Made by a program: the position numbers and the translations under genes | The notes under the pieces: generated by a model | Seen by the model: only the letters and a program-made list of their open reading frames with translations | Told to the model about the DNA's origin: nothing | The model's database searches: none | Part shown: in pieces, positions 27,980 through 41,040 of the stretch | How the letters are laid out: every line of letters starts with the position of its first letter | Position numbering within the stretch: the stretch's first letter is position 1 | NCBI GenBank assembly: GCA_030390025.1 | Contig: CM059432.1 | Span: 105,216,001-105,280,000, forward strand | Length of the DNA stretch: 64,000 bases | Source of the DNA: Squalus acanthias | Lineage: Eukaryota | Direction: 5' to 3'

Positions 27980-28029
27980 ACTTTTACTTTTGAAAAGCCA
28001 AATCACTTTTACTTTTGAAAAGCCAAATC
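27980..28029. repeat. Perfect 25-bp tandem duplication
   Basis: ACTTTTACTTTTGAAAAGCCAAATC x2. Confidence 0.9.
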
Positions 28030-28430
28030 TCAAGCTGTGAGAGGCCAGTTTTAATATGAAAGGTCAGAAGAGCATGGAGATTGACCTCAGAGTTCAGACT
28101 TGGAGGGAGCTGGGCATTGAGGTGCAATTGGGCAGGAGCTTTTTATCGTCTTATAACTAATAATGGTGTTAAGGTGAGTACATGGATTTTGATGCTTGGG
28201 AGAGTTTGGCGCTAGTGGAAAATTATTTTACAAGGCAGTTAGACCCACATGGAGCTCTTGTGATGTGTGTGGCGTGAGATATGTGGGCCATCATATATCT
28301 CCAGTGTATCCAGGCAGAGCATTTGCACTAAGTGTAGGAAAACGGAGTCACTGGAGCAGAGGATCTATGTGCAGAAGGAGCAATTGGTCACACTCTACAG
28401 CAGACAGGATGAGGGGTTCTGGGTTATATT

Positions 28431-29173
28431 GGCCCAGAAATTGATCTCGCTCTGTTCCCGCGGGGGTAAGGAGCAGGCGCGATCTCTCACTCCGCGTTGG
28501 CTTTTTCAGATCCAGCTCGCACGAACTTGATGTTCCAGACATCAGCTGGGCAGTGCTTGCGTATCCCACCGGCGTAGTGAATTCGTGCGAGCTGTGGGAT
28601 CACGTGACTCAGTTAGAGCCAATGGCAGCACACCATCTTCCATTCATAAGTTTCACATACGTGCTGTGAAAGCTATGAATCTTACACCCCCCCAAAATAA
28701 CAGCTAAACCTCAACTAAATTTAAAAAAAACCCATCACATTAATAAAATAAGTATAGTTAAATAAATTAACCATTTTAAATAAAAAAGTAAATTTTTGAA
28801 AAAATTTAAAATCTTTTAAAAAGTTATAAAAATAAACTTACCTGTCTTTAAAGTCTCTAAAAAAGATATACCTGTTAAAAAAAATTCAAAATAATACTTA
28901 ATTCACTACTTACCTTGTTAAAAGTGGGTCTTACTCCTCCTTTTTCCATTTCTAAAATCTTCCGTACTTACCTGCGCGTCCAAAGCACTAAGTGCACAGC
29001 GTGCGCGCAGCCTGTAGCGCGCACGCGGTGCACCGAGGAACTGCCCCCTTTTCCAAAGACCAAGTGCCGGCTTTCAGCGCATGCGCAGTGCATGCAGAAA
29101 ACCGGCAATTGGAGAGAGAATACGCGAGAGTACACAGTGCGTACTCTCGCGCAGCGGGATCAATTTTTGGCCC
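28431..29173 (-). mobile_element. Harbinger/PHIS-type MITE, inverted copy of the 7782/17592 subfamily
   Basis: Reverse complement aligns along 7782-8546; flanks ATT/AAT. Confidence 0.9.
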
Positions 29174-29589
29174 AATGTCTAGCATGTGGTGCAAGAGACA
29201 GTGCTAGACACTGCAGGACACAGATAGTATAGAAAGAAAGAAGGGGGTGGCCATCTGCAGGGGTAGCATGTGAAGATCTTATCAGAGGAGTAAAGGGAAA
29301 GGAAGTACCTTTGAGGTGGTGAGATAAAACACTACTGTAGAAGGGGAAAGGACATCAATAAATCATCAAGAACCAGGGAAAAGAATAAGGGTCAAATGTT
29401 CCAAAGAAGAAAAAAAGTGAGTCAGGATTGAGTGGTATGTATGTGAATGCATAAAGCATTCAAAACAAAATTGGAGCATTAAAACCATTAACTATAGAGG
29501 AATAGAATACAACAGCTGTAACAGAGATAACGCTTAAATTGACGGGACTGAGAACTTTTTTGGTTATAATATTTGCAGGAAAGATAGGA

Positions 29590-31195
29590 AAAGGGTTGTT
29601 CTCTCATTTTTGGGATGTGACAGGTGGTGTGCCCCAGGAATCTGTGTTGGTGCCTCAGCTTTTCACAATGGCCCGGATTTTGCATCGAGAAGAATGGTGA
29701 GGCTAACTGCGCTCACCGTTATTACGGAGTAAATCGGACAGCAACTTTCAAAAGTACACATATGCGCAGTTAAATGCGGAAATCTGGATGTTGCAGTCCG
29801 AGTTACCCTACTCCTCCACAGGCTGCTCTAGAACAGTACCTCGCCAATAAGACTAGGCATTGAAATCAATGGAAAGGTTTGAAATTGCTGTACTTGCCCA
29901 CTAAGCACGGCAGAATAGAGAGTTAGGGCTGATGCATTCAGGAGTAAGTGAATTTTTAATGGCGTGATCAGTCACAAACAACCTCTCTGGCCCAGCAAAT
30001 TCAATTTTACAAGTGTGGAGACTCATTCCTTCAGAATTTAAAAATAGTGTTGGAGATTTTAAAAATTAAAATAAATGTTTTTTTTACTTTTTCTGTCTGT
30101 CTCTTATCTCTCTCTTAATCCCATCTTTCTTTCCCAATCTTTATTTTGCTTTCTGTGCATGATTTAAATCTAATTTATAATTCCTGGTTTATATTTCCTG
30201 CTTTAGACTCTGCCTGTCTCAGTGAGGATTCTTCAATCTGATTGGTTGAAGGGCAATGATATTGCTTGCCCTACTCTCACACGCTACAAATCCCCTGTAG
30301 AGGGTGCTACGCTGGATCTAACACCCGCTGACAGCAAGTCTCCACTCAAAAGTCCGCGAAAACTCTGGGCAGCTGTTAGCCTAGAGAATGGTAAGCGCCG
30401 TTCCTTCGTCGCTGACCGCAAAATCTGAGCCAATATATATTGATGACTTGGATGAAGGATAAAGAGATGCATATCCAAGTTTGCAAATGACACGTTATGA
30501 GGCATGGTAAATTGTGTGGATGGGAGGAGGAAGTTACAAAAGGGACACAGACAGATTAAATGAATGGGCAAAAGCATGGCAGGTGGAATTCAATGTGTGG
30601 GGGAGGGGGGGCGACAAAAATTGGAAAATTTTCTTAATGGTGAGTGACCAGGAGGTGCGGAGGAGCAAATGGATTTAGGTGTCCATGTACACAAATCACT
30701 AAAAGCTACTGCACAGATACAAAAAGCAATTAAAAAGCCTAATGGAATGTTAGCCTTTATCTCAAAAGGATTGGAATTTAAAAAAAGTGAGGAAATAATG
30801 CTTTAATTGTACAGAACTTTGGTCAGATCCTACCTGGAGCACTGGGTTCAGTTTTGGGCACCAAACCTCAGGAAAAATATATTGACCTTGGCAGGGGTAC
30901 TGCGAAAATTCACCAGAATACTAAGGCTTAAATTATGAGGACAGGCTGCATAAACTTGGCTTGCACTCCCTTGAGTTTTGAAGGGTGATCTACTCGAGGT
31001 ATCCCCAAAAAAGAATGTAGATGCTGAATCAATTGACATTTTCCAAACTGAGAGCAATAGATTTTTGTTAAGCAAGTGTATCAAGAGATACAGAACAAAT
31101 GCAGGTAAATGGACTTGAGGTACAGAGCAGCCATGATCTAATTTGTGCGGCAGAACAGACTCGAGGGGCTGAATGGCCCACTCCTGTTCCTATCT
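29590..31195 (+). mobile_element. Degenerate CR1 3' part, interrupted by the MITE at 29670
   Basis: [23 protein letters not shown] continuity across the MITE; CR1 3' UTR (GGGGCTGAATGGCCCACTCCTGTTCCTAT). Confidence 0.8.
29670..30431. mobile_element. Harbinger/PHIS-type MITE, distinct internal sequence
   Basis: TIRs GGCCCGGATTTTGC / GCAAAATCTGAGCC; TSD AAT confirmed by the CR1 host (TTCACAAT|AATATATATT). Confidence 0.88.
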
Positions 31196-34100
31196 GTGGA
31201 AAATCTTCATATGTAATGTACAAAATAAATATATTCCTACAAAGGCAAAAAGAGGGCACAAAGAATAGAGTTCCATGGATAGGAGATTAAGACTAAACTG
31301 AAACCTGAGAAGGACACAAGATAAAATTAGGGCCAACAATACGAAAGAAAATCATAAGGAATAGCAAAACTGCAGTAGGGAGGTGAAGAGAGAGATTAGA
31401 AGGGCTAAAATGGAATATGAAAAATACCAACAGATAATACATAGGAAAATATTTAAGGACTTATGAAAAAAGTAAAGCGAATAGTTACAGGATAGGACCG
31501 CTCCAATTGTGGAGGATGAAGATATGGCAGAGGTATTAAATATGGGGATTAAAAAAAAGTGGAAGTGAGAATTTTGGTGTAGTAGAGGATATATCAGATG
31601 ATTGTAGAAAAGGAATTGGCTTCATACACCCTAGGTTGTTGAAATAAGTCAGAGGAGAGATAGCAGAGGCTCTGGCCACAATTTTTCAACCCTCAAATAT
31701 GCAAATGGTGCTGTGGGATTAGAGATTAGCCAATGTAACCCCTTAGTTCAAGAAAGGAGAGGAGAAACAGTAACTATAGACCAGGTATCTTGTGGGCAAA
31801 CTCTTAGAATCCATTATTTGAGATACAATTAGTGAGTATTTAGAAGTGCAGGGGTTAAATGCATGACAGCCAGCACTGATTTATTAAAGGACATGCTCTC
31901 CTGAGCATAGCATGCAGAGAGATGTACAGTTCTACAGGCAGTAATGAACCTACACACCTTATTCAATGGTCATTCTTTATCTGGGAGCCTGGATACGGAG
32001 TGGTGGTGGGCTATTCAACCTAGGGGAAGAATCCCAACACAGCTTAATCCTGTCTTCATTTGATTTCCACACAGACCCTAGTAGCAGGGGTTGCTAGTTT
32101 CTCAATAGAGAGTGTATATACTCTGGCCAACATACCGTTCTCTAGGATGCCTAGGCCAATTAATTTTTTGTTAAATTTGTTCTCAGGATGTGGACAACAC
32201 TGGCAAGGCCATATGTATTGTTCATCCCTACTTTCCCCGATAAAGTGATGGTGGTGGTAGGCCTTCTTCCTTGAACTGCTATAGTCGTTGTTGTGATGGC
32301 GATCCTAAAATGGTGTTAGGTAGGGGAATTCTGATATTTTATCCAGCTATGAAGGAACAGTGGTATCTGTCCAAATCAGCATGGTGCGTGACTTGGAGGG
32401 GATCTTGGAGATGGCTGCAACTAGCTAATTAACAACAGACCATGGTTTAAACCTGAGGCCTTATGGGTCTGTTTAGTTCGGTATCCCACCACATGACACA
32501 CTTATCTAATCAACAATTCAGGTGAATTACCAAAAATATGTAGCAAGTACAAAAAAGTTTCCCTTTTAAATAAAGGATGATTTTCTCCCACAAATTAAGT
32601 AGGCTGCTTATCTTTGAAAGGAACTCAGTCCATTCCCATTGAGCATAATGCCTTAAGAGTTTTGGGTTAAATGATGACACATTATGGATAGACAATATAT
32701 GGACCGGAATCTCTGGCTCTAATTTTTTGTTTAAAAAAGGGGAGGCAGGGTGAGAAGGGAAGAGGATTAATGCTGACTGGTAGAAAATAAAAACAACAAA
32801 AATAATTACAACCATGAAACACTCATCTGTAGCACTGTCAAAAAAATTCAGAAGTAGAAATGCATTTGGTGTAAAAATGCTGCAATATTCCTTAAATGTC
32901 AGTTACAATATTTACAAGTGTTTGCCTTACAAAGCAAGAAACCTGGAATTCATCAACGAATTGATCTTAGTCTTGACAACTTGTAATAATTGTGATTAAT
33001 CAGATATTTCTGTCCAATATGTTTTGTAATTTGATAATTGGTTGTAAAATACCTTACATTTAAACAAATATTCCAAAATTCTCAACGAATATACATTCCA
33101 TTGAGAAATAAAACTCCACGGGAAAAGTGATCCATCCATGGCTAACTAAAGAAGTTAACGATAGTGTTAGATTAAAAGAAGAGGTTTATAATGTTGTGAA
33201 GAATAGTAGTAAGCCTGAGGATTGGGAGAGCTTTAGAAAGCAACAAAGGATGACCAAAACATTGATGAAAAGGGAGAAAATAGAATGAGAGTAAACTAGC
33301 AAAAAATATAAAAATAGACTGCAAGAGCTTCTACAATTATGTAAAAAAGAGTAGCAAAAGTAAGCATTGGTCCCTTAGAGGATAGGTGAAATTATAATGG
33401 GAATAAGGAAATGGCAGAGACTTTAAACAAATATTTTGTATCTGTCTTCATACTAGAAGACACAAAAAGCATACAAAAAATAGTGGGGAACCAAGGGGCT
33501 AATAAGAGTAAGGAACTTAATGTAATTAATCTCAGTAGAGGAAAAAGTACTTGAGAAACTAATGGGACTAAAAGCAGACACATACCCTGGGGACCTGATG
33601 ACCTACATCCTAGGGTTCTAAAAGAGGTGGTTGCAGAGATAGTGGATGCATTGGTTGTGATCTTCCAAAATTCCCTAGGTTCTAGAACGGTCCCAGTGGA
33701 TTGGAAGGTAGCAAATGTAACCCCGCTATTCAAGAATTGAGGGAGAGAGAAAACATGGAACTACAGGCCAGTTAGCCTGACATCAGTCGTCGGAAAAATG
33801 CTGGAATCCATTATTAAGGAAGTGGTAACAAGGCACTTACAAAATCATAATATGATTAGGCAGAGTCAACATGGTTTTATGAAAGGGAAATAGTGTTTAA
33901 CAAATTTATTAGAGTTTTTTGAGGATGTAACTAGCAGGGTAGATAAAGGGGAAAAAGCGGATGTAGTATATATTTGGATTTCCAAAAGGCATTCGATAAG
34001 GTGCGACATAAAAGGTTGCTACGCAAGATAAGGCCTCATGGGGTTTGACGTACTGTATTAACATGGATAGAGGATTGGTTAACGGACAGAAAAAGTATAT

Positions 34101-34357
34101 TTCGATTTCAAAGAGACAGTCGACAAGGTGCCACAGTCGATAAGGGGTCAGCCATTCAAGACTAAGATGAGGAGAAATTTCTTCACTCAGAGGGTTGTGA
34201 ATCTTTGGAATTCTCTACCCCAAAGGCTGTGGATCCCGAGTCGTTGAGTATACTCAAGGCTGAGATAGATATATTTTTGGACTCTAGGGGAATCAAGGGA
34301 TATGGGGATCGGGTAGGAAAGTGGAGTTGAGGTCGAAGTACAGCCATGATCTTATTG

Positions 34358-34843
34358 TGAGAAGTCGCACAACACCAGGTTATAGTCCAACAGGTTTATT
34401 TGAAATCACAAGCTTTCGGAGCGCTGCTCCTTCGTCAGGTGAAGTGAAGAGATACATATAGGCACAGCATATATAGTCAGAGAACACAGCCAGATGATTA
34501 CAGTTAATCTTTCCAACTGCCCTTTATCACACCTCGGCAGAGAGATAATCACGGCAATCAAAGGTGTGGATGGTGTCCAAACAGGTCAGTCAGAAAAACA
34601 TTACATCAAAGACAATGTGGCAGATGCTGGGGTCTGTATGGAAAACAAAAAACTTTTTTTGCTGGAAATCACAGCAGGTCCGGCCGCATCTGTGTAGAGA
34701 GAACAAGCCAACGACGACTCGAGTCTAGATGGTAACCCCACCTGACGTAGTCATCCAGACTCGAGTCTGTGATTTCCAGCAAAAAAAGTTTTGTGCGACT
34801 TCTCACATTTGTCCACCCCGGTCCAACACCGGCATCTCCACAT
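34358..34843 (-). mobile_element. Penelope-type non-autonomous insertion
   Basis: Flanked by direct repeat CATGATCTTATTG (34345-34357, 34844-34856); inverted repeat GTGAGAAGTCGCACAA / TTGTGCGACTTCTCAC; hammerhead motif. Confidence 0.75.
34406..34443 (-). ncRNA. Minimal type I hammerhead ribozyme motif
   Basis: Minus strand TTCAC-CTGACGA-A-GGAGC agc GCTCC-GAAA-GCTT-GTGA: core boxes, stem II, palindromic stem III, stem I TCAC/GTGA. Confidence 0.7.
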
Positions 34844-35268
34844 CATGATCTTATTGAATGGCGGAGTAGGCTCGAAGGGCCGTATGGCCTACTCCTGCTC
34901 CTAATTCTTATGTTCTATGTTCTTACATAGCAGGAAATTAAATAATCCAACACAACACGCCTTTTCCTGAGATCAGGACCAAGGTCAATTAATTTCTATC
35001 AAATGGTGCTTGTCTCACATACACCCATGACCCAATTCCTTTACTTTTCCCAATTTGAAAGTTGCTCTTTTTTGCTCCATGATTTTTAACCACTTTCCAA
35101 TGTATCCTTTACTTTGTCCTTTTGCCTGCTTTTTTCTGACTTTACTATCACCTCATTTTCTTCTTGGGTCTCTTTAATGGCTCAGCAAGTTCATCCAGAA
35201 CCGCAAATACAACAGGATCAATTTTCAGCTGTGCTGTCTCAGCTGATCTTAGGCAAGACAGTGGTAAG

Positions 35269-35417
35269 CAATGTTCCCCCAGTTTTTTTTGGGTGCGCGG
35301 CACCTTTAAGGGGCTTGCGCGGCCCATTCACAGTTTCGTGTATGCGCAAAATTTAACATTGAAAAAGCCGGTCCCGACCAGAGAGCTGGACGGCTGAGCA
35401 GCTTAGAGGGAACGTTG
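35269..35417. mobile_element. hAT-type MITE (149 bp)
   Basis: TIRs CAATGTTCCC / GGGAACGTTG; 8-bp TSD GTGGTAAG / GTGGCAAG (7/8). Confidence 0.8.
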
Positions 35418-35519
35418 GTGGCAAGGGTGCCACAATTGGGCTCAACACCCATCAGGCATGAAGAAGTGGAATACTAGCCAGGATTCCTGACAACTACTAA
35501 CTACTTATGTATGACAGGA

Positions 35520-37560
35520 AAACCTTATAATGGGATATCTAGTTTGGCTATCCATTTGATGGCTTCCTGAGATGCTGAGTGGAGAAATGAGGTGCTTCCC
35601 GCAACAGATCTTAGTGGGCAAGTTGACATGATGTGTTCCATGGTCTGGGACTCATTGCCACAGTCGCACTTCGGGTCGTCCCTCATCTTCCACTTGTGGA
35701 GCAGGTGGCCGCATCGTCCATGCCCTGATTCGGTTGAGCGCGGTCCACAGTCTTCAAAGGAGGTGAACCCAGGGACCTCTGCTGTTTGGTCAGTGATGAG
35801 GCGTTAGTTCTTTATGTTGCATGAGTCCCATGATTCCGTCCATCTGGATAGTGGGTTGATACTAGCTGCATGAATATTGGCTGCAAGAATATTGGCTGCT
35901 GTTTCCCAGAATGGCCGGCATGATTTTAAGCACTTTTGTAGTGGGTTTTTCCAAGTCTTCGTGAATGGGAACATTGGTGTTGTTCATAATTTGTTCCATC
36001 TCATGGAGCACTGTGGCATCACGGCGGATGGCAGGCAGGGCAATGTAGGACTGCACCGGGAGCCACATAGTTGGAGTGGACTTAAGTGTCCCCGACAGCG
36101 TCCTCATGGTGGCATTTAGCTGCACGTCCACAATCTTTGCGTGGCAGCTGCAGGACCATGAGGCAGAACAGTCTGTAGCAGAGTAGAATATGGCCACTGT
36201 TGCGATGCTAAGTGTTCTGGCTGTGCTCCCCCATGACGTTCCAGCGAGTTTCCGGACCAGGTTCACCCTGGTTTTTACTTTTTGGCCGGTGTTGGTGAGA
36301 TGAGGCCGATTGTTTAGAGGTAGAGTCCTGTCAAGGGTGATGCCCATGTATTTTGGGTGGGGTTCATGGGTAAGTCGCCTTCCGCAGAAGGAAACATCGA
36401 GTTCTTTCCTGGCGGCGTTGTTGTTTAGATGGAATATTGACACAACTGTCTTCTCTGGATTGGGGCAGAGGCGCCAGGTCCAAAAGTAGCGTTCCAGTAG
36501 GTCCAGGTCACTGGTGAGTGTTCTACTTGCCTCCCCTAGTGTTGATGCCTGTGTCAGTAGTGTATGTCATTGGCACAGGTGAACTTCTGGGATTTGCTGC
36601 AGGGCATGTCCACCATGTAGATGGTGAAAAAGGCCGATGTGAGCACTGACCCCTGTGGCAGACTGTTGGTCAGTGTTTGGCTGGTCTTATCACCAAGATA
36701 GACGTTGAACTTGTGGTTGTTGATAAGCCGGAGAGTCTTGTGGCATTGGATGATTATTGAAAGCTTCAGTAGCAGGCCTTTGCACCAGACAGTGTCGTAT
36801 GGCGATGGCAAGTCTATGAAGGCAGCTCCAGTCTTCAGCTGCTTCTGGAACCCTGCCTTAATGTTGTAGTGAGTGCAAGGACCTGATCAGAGTAGCTTTT
36901 TCCCTCTGAAGCCCGCCTGCTCGTTTGGGAGGTCGGCTTCTAAAGCCAGTTTTATATGTTAAGAACGGGCCATTCGACCACCTTGTAGGCCGTAGACAGA
37001 AGGCGGTGGGGCGGTAGCTTTTAGGATTGTTGGCTGGTTTTCCTGGCTTTAGGATGGCAATGACTTTGGAATGGCGCCAGATGTCTGGGATTATCCCAGT
37101 GTCAAGATGTTGGAGGTGAGTTTGGCAAGCCACATCCATCCATTTGGGCCCTGGTTCTTGAGGAATTCTGGGTAGATGCCGTCAATCCCTGTGGCCTTGC
37201 TGACTTGGTGGCTGTCAGCGCTATGTCCACCTCTTTGGTGGTGAAGACCACCAAAAAGGTGGTGTGCGGAGCTGCTTTTTGCAGAGAGAGCTTAAGCAGC
37301 TTTTTCACTCTGCGTGTGTTTTCGGTGGTGGTCATTGCCTTTGAGTTGGTTAGGAGTCAGGCCGCAATGGCATCTGCACTGATCTTTGATGCTTCATGTG
37401 GAGGAAGTGAGGTGGCGCCAAGCTGGCAGAGCAGATTCGAGGGATTCCTGCTGGAGCACGAGAAATCCAGGTTTTTGGTGGTATCCTTGCCATCGCGCTA
37501 ATCTGCTTTCATGCTTTTCAGACCGGCTATGCTGAGGCTTTTTGGAGTTCGGTCGTCTTC
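35520..37560 (-). mobile_element. Degenerate Vingi/Ingi-like LINE (RT and C-terminus)
   Basis: WRHSKVIAILKPGKPANNPKSYRP; YDTVW..LPQGSVL..ANDI; FHLNN..PKYMGITLDRTL..LVRKLAGTSWG. Clade assigned from motif memory. Confidence 0.7.
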
Positions 37561-37758
37561 TTGATGACATTAGCTGGCAAGTTCTCTGAACTAGCACACA
37601 CAGGGAGACCACGTGTAGGTTGTCATCAAGTTCTAATCACTATCCTGATGGACGTGCACATTTTTGGATGTCAAGGTTTAGGTTTGGCTGTGGCACCTCC
37701 AGAATCAAATAGCTAACCAACAATCACCGAGAAGGATCACAAAGAAAAATATCTATTA

Positions 37759-37880
37759 CAATAGCAAAATACTGCGGATGCTGGAAATCCGAAATAACAA
37801 CAGAAAACGCTGGAAAAACTCAGCAGGCCAGGCAGCATCCGTGGAGAGAGAAACAGAGTTAACGTTTCAGGTCGAAGACC
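37759..37880 (-). mobile_element. Short Penelope-type repeat (uninterrupted, truncated)
   Basis: GCAAAATACTGCGGATGCTGGAAATC..GAGTTAACGTTTCAGGTCG, same family as 7677-8579. Confidence 0.7.
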
Positions 37881-38705
37881 TATTTAGGCAAGGTACTGGA
37901 AGGCACCTGGTGCCTGTAGAAATATACTGCAGCAAGCAATCAATGACTTCAGGAGTGGAGAAAGAAGGGAAATTAACTAGCAAGTAAAGCAAAATCTCTT
38001 CCTGACTAGTTTTCTTCCCTCCTTTTGTTCCGATCTTATAATGGGAGTATGCTGAAGTGCTGACTGCATATGCACTAAAATCACAGGGCAGACCAGGTTT
38101 GTAAATGCAGCCCAGCAAAAATCACAGACATTCAGGAAAATATCAAAATTAAGATTGGGTTCATTGCCCAATTCCAATTAAAAAAAAGTAAAAAAGTGTA
38201 AAAATTAACAAGTACACACAAAGAAGCAGTATTTTATGGACAACTGCATTATGAATTTGGACAAATGTTCTGGAATTTTAAAGATCAATGCATCGGATAT
38301 ATAATTTGCATAAGGTCATTGGTCAATAAGCACTATGGGATACTATTATCCTTCCTCCCCCAACAATAAAACTACAACATATCTCAAGCAAGCGTTACTT
38401 GCCCAGAACAGTTGAGAAAAGGTATTTTAAAATCTGCACAGGCAAGATACCACAGCAATAAACTATAACAATTAGGAGGGTCACACTTGAGTTTCTAAAA
38501 AAAAAAAATGTATTTATTACTCTGGAGTTGACTTGCCACCATATTTTGCTGCTACTCTTGGGGGGAAAAAAAAGCAACTCAATATGCATCGATCCTTTGT
38601 CATAACTCAAAAGTATGATTAATTTTCATGCAAGTAAAAAGAATGAACACCTCATTCATCATGAAATGGTTGAAGTCAAAAGCTCGAAAGATTGTTTACC
38701 GAAAT

Positions 38706-41040
38706 AACACAAGAACATAAGAATTAGGAGCAGGAGTAGGCCATACAGTCCCTCGAGCCTGCTCTGCCATTCAATAAGATCATGGCTGATCTTCAACCTC
38801 AACTCCACTTTCCTGCTCGATCTCCATATCCCCTTGATTCCCCTAGAGGCCAAAAATCTATCTATCTCAGCCTTGAATATACTCAACAACTGAGCATCCA
38901 CAGCCCTTTGAGATAGAGAATTCCAAAGATTCACAACCCTCTGAGTGAAGAAATTCCTCCTCATCTTAGTCATGAATGGCCGACCCCTTATCCTGAGACT
39001 ATGCCCCCTAGTTCTAGACTCGCCAGCATTTACCCTGTCAATCCCCCTCAGAATCTTGCATGTTTCAATGAGATCACCTCTCATTCTTCTCAACTCGAGA
39101 GTATAGGCCCAATCTACTTAATCTCTCCTTATAGGACAACCCTCTCATCCCAGGAATCAATCTAGTGAACCTTCGTTGCACCACCTCTAAGGCAAGTATA
39201 TCCTTCCTCAGATAAGGAGACCAAAACTGCACACAGTACTCCAGGTGCGGTCTCACCAAAGCCCTGTACAATTCTAGCAAGACTTCCTTACTCTTGTACT
39301 CCAACCCCCTTGCAATAAAGGCCAACATGCCATTTGCCTTCCCAATTGCTTGCTGTACCTGCATGCTAACTCTGTGTTTCCTGTACAAGGACACCCAAGA
39401 GATTTAAGTTTTTCACCATTTAAGTGGAACCTGTCCCAACGGAACAGCTCCTTCTTTCCCCCGACCTGGTACCAGTGTCCCATGAATCAAAACCCCTTCC
39501 TCCCACACCAATCTTTGAGCCACGCATTTAACTCTGATCTGCTTGTCCCTATGCCAATTTGCACGTGGCTCAGGTAACAATCTAGAGATTATTACCTTTG
39601 AGGTTCTTTGTTTTAATTTGGACCCTAGCTCCTCAAACTCAGTAGAATGTCATTCCTAGTTCTACCTATGTCGTTGATTCCTACATGGACCACAACAACT
39701 GGATCCTCCCCTTCCCACCCCAAATTCTTCTCCAGCCACGAGTGTAGGCTTCGCAAAATCCCCAGAAACTCGAACAGAACCCTAAGTGAAGTGATTTGAG
39801 GTAAAATCCTCAGTTTTGGACATTTTTAAAGATCACAAGAAGAAAACCCTGAGGAAAATGACTTTTCGAATCTTACTGTTGGGAAAGACACCTTTCACAG
39901 ACACACAGGCTGCAGAGGGGCGTGGCCAGGCAGTGTATTAAGCTGCCTTCCTATCAAGGAGAAAAAGACAAAACCCAAAAGCCTCAAGATCGAAATATGA
40001 ATAATTCAAAACCTTTTTTTTGAAATCAATAAAACATTAAGCAACCCGATTCACTTCATTAAGAACCAATCAACCAGGTATCCACAGGACAGATTTAAAA
40101 GCCCGCCAATAGACCTAGGACAATAGGGGTGAGATTTGGCGCGTAGATAAGGCTTTGCCTAAATCGGAAAACGATCAGGACATGTTTAACACTGAGTTAA
40201 AGCCATCGGAACTGGCAAGCCCGCCAAAACTAGACAATGGACTAAACAGGGCTCATTTGCAACCTAAAGGAAACTGTTTTAGTAAGGGGTTTTTGGCGCG
40301 AAAAAGACAATATAATTGGAGCCTGTCCCAAGACTCTCTCTTTTTTGGACTCGCTGACAACGCTGGCACAGCTCTCTCCCTGCTCCAGCAAAAACACCAC
40401 AAACCACGAGGAGGAAGGCCAACAAACAGACCATCACACAAGAAACCACCAGAGCGACTGCCTCAGTGACCATCGGACACCTCGCAGCAACAAGGGCCTT
40501 ACGAAATCTTTTAATCAAAAGACTCTAAAATCCTGTCAAGGATTCGTTGGTGAGCATTATCCCTGATCTCCTGAAACCAAAAACCTAGCTAGATAGTGGG
40601 ATCTTTGGGAGGGATAAGGTTTTTGTTTGGTATATTGTCATTCTCCCTCGCCTGTACCGTGTGTTCCCCAACCTGTGTTTAAGTATTAAGTGTGTTTTAA
40701 GTTTGTTACCCTTTTCTTTTAATAAAGTCAAAATTCTTTCATCAGAACCTGTTGTCTGCTGCATTTTTGTTCACAACCCCTAAATAAGTCCAAAGTCTAG
40801 GAACCAGGGGCGTGGGAGCGAGTCGAACCGCTCACTGAGTCAGAAGGCGAAGGCTGACCCCACTACCACCCCCTACACGAGGAAACATCCTTAACCCGGA
40901 CACTGGGCAGACAACACAGCCTTCAGAACTCCCGGTCGTGGCTGCAGAGAACAGTATCTATCCCCCTGACTATACTGTCCCCTACCACTACAACATTCCT
41001 TTTCAGTCCCTCTCACTTGAATGGCCTCCTGTATCACGAA
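38706..41040 (-). mobile_element. CR1 with ORF1 esterase region joined to ORF2 3' end; split by a solo LTR
   Basis: VVVVGDSIVRGID (~40960-41000) and LNAWLKDWC..GHWY..DRFHL (~39420-39530) are SGNH-esterase ORF1 motifs; 38706-39420 is ORF2 C-terminus plus tail. Confidence 0.85.
39743..40877 (+). mobile_element. Solo LTR (1135 bp)
   Basis: TGTAGG..CCTACA termini, 4-bp TSD CGAG on both sides, AATAAA at 40721-40726; CR1 ORF1 is continuous across it. Confidence 0.9.

Larger units (their letters stand above)
33070..34925 (+). mobile_element. CR1 ORF2 fragment with internal deletion (~34095-34140)
   Basis: Matches the RT N-half of 52260-53280, then jumps to the 3' end; 3' UTR interrupted at 34358. 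Confidence 0.9.

Noticed and set aside
34700..34770. Second hammerhead (CTGACGTAGTCATCCAGACTCG)
   Set aside because: Core is altered (no CUGANGA..GAAA pair); at most a rearranged relic.
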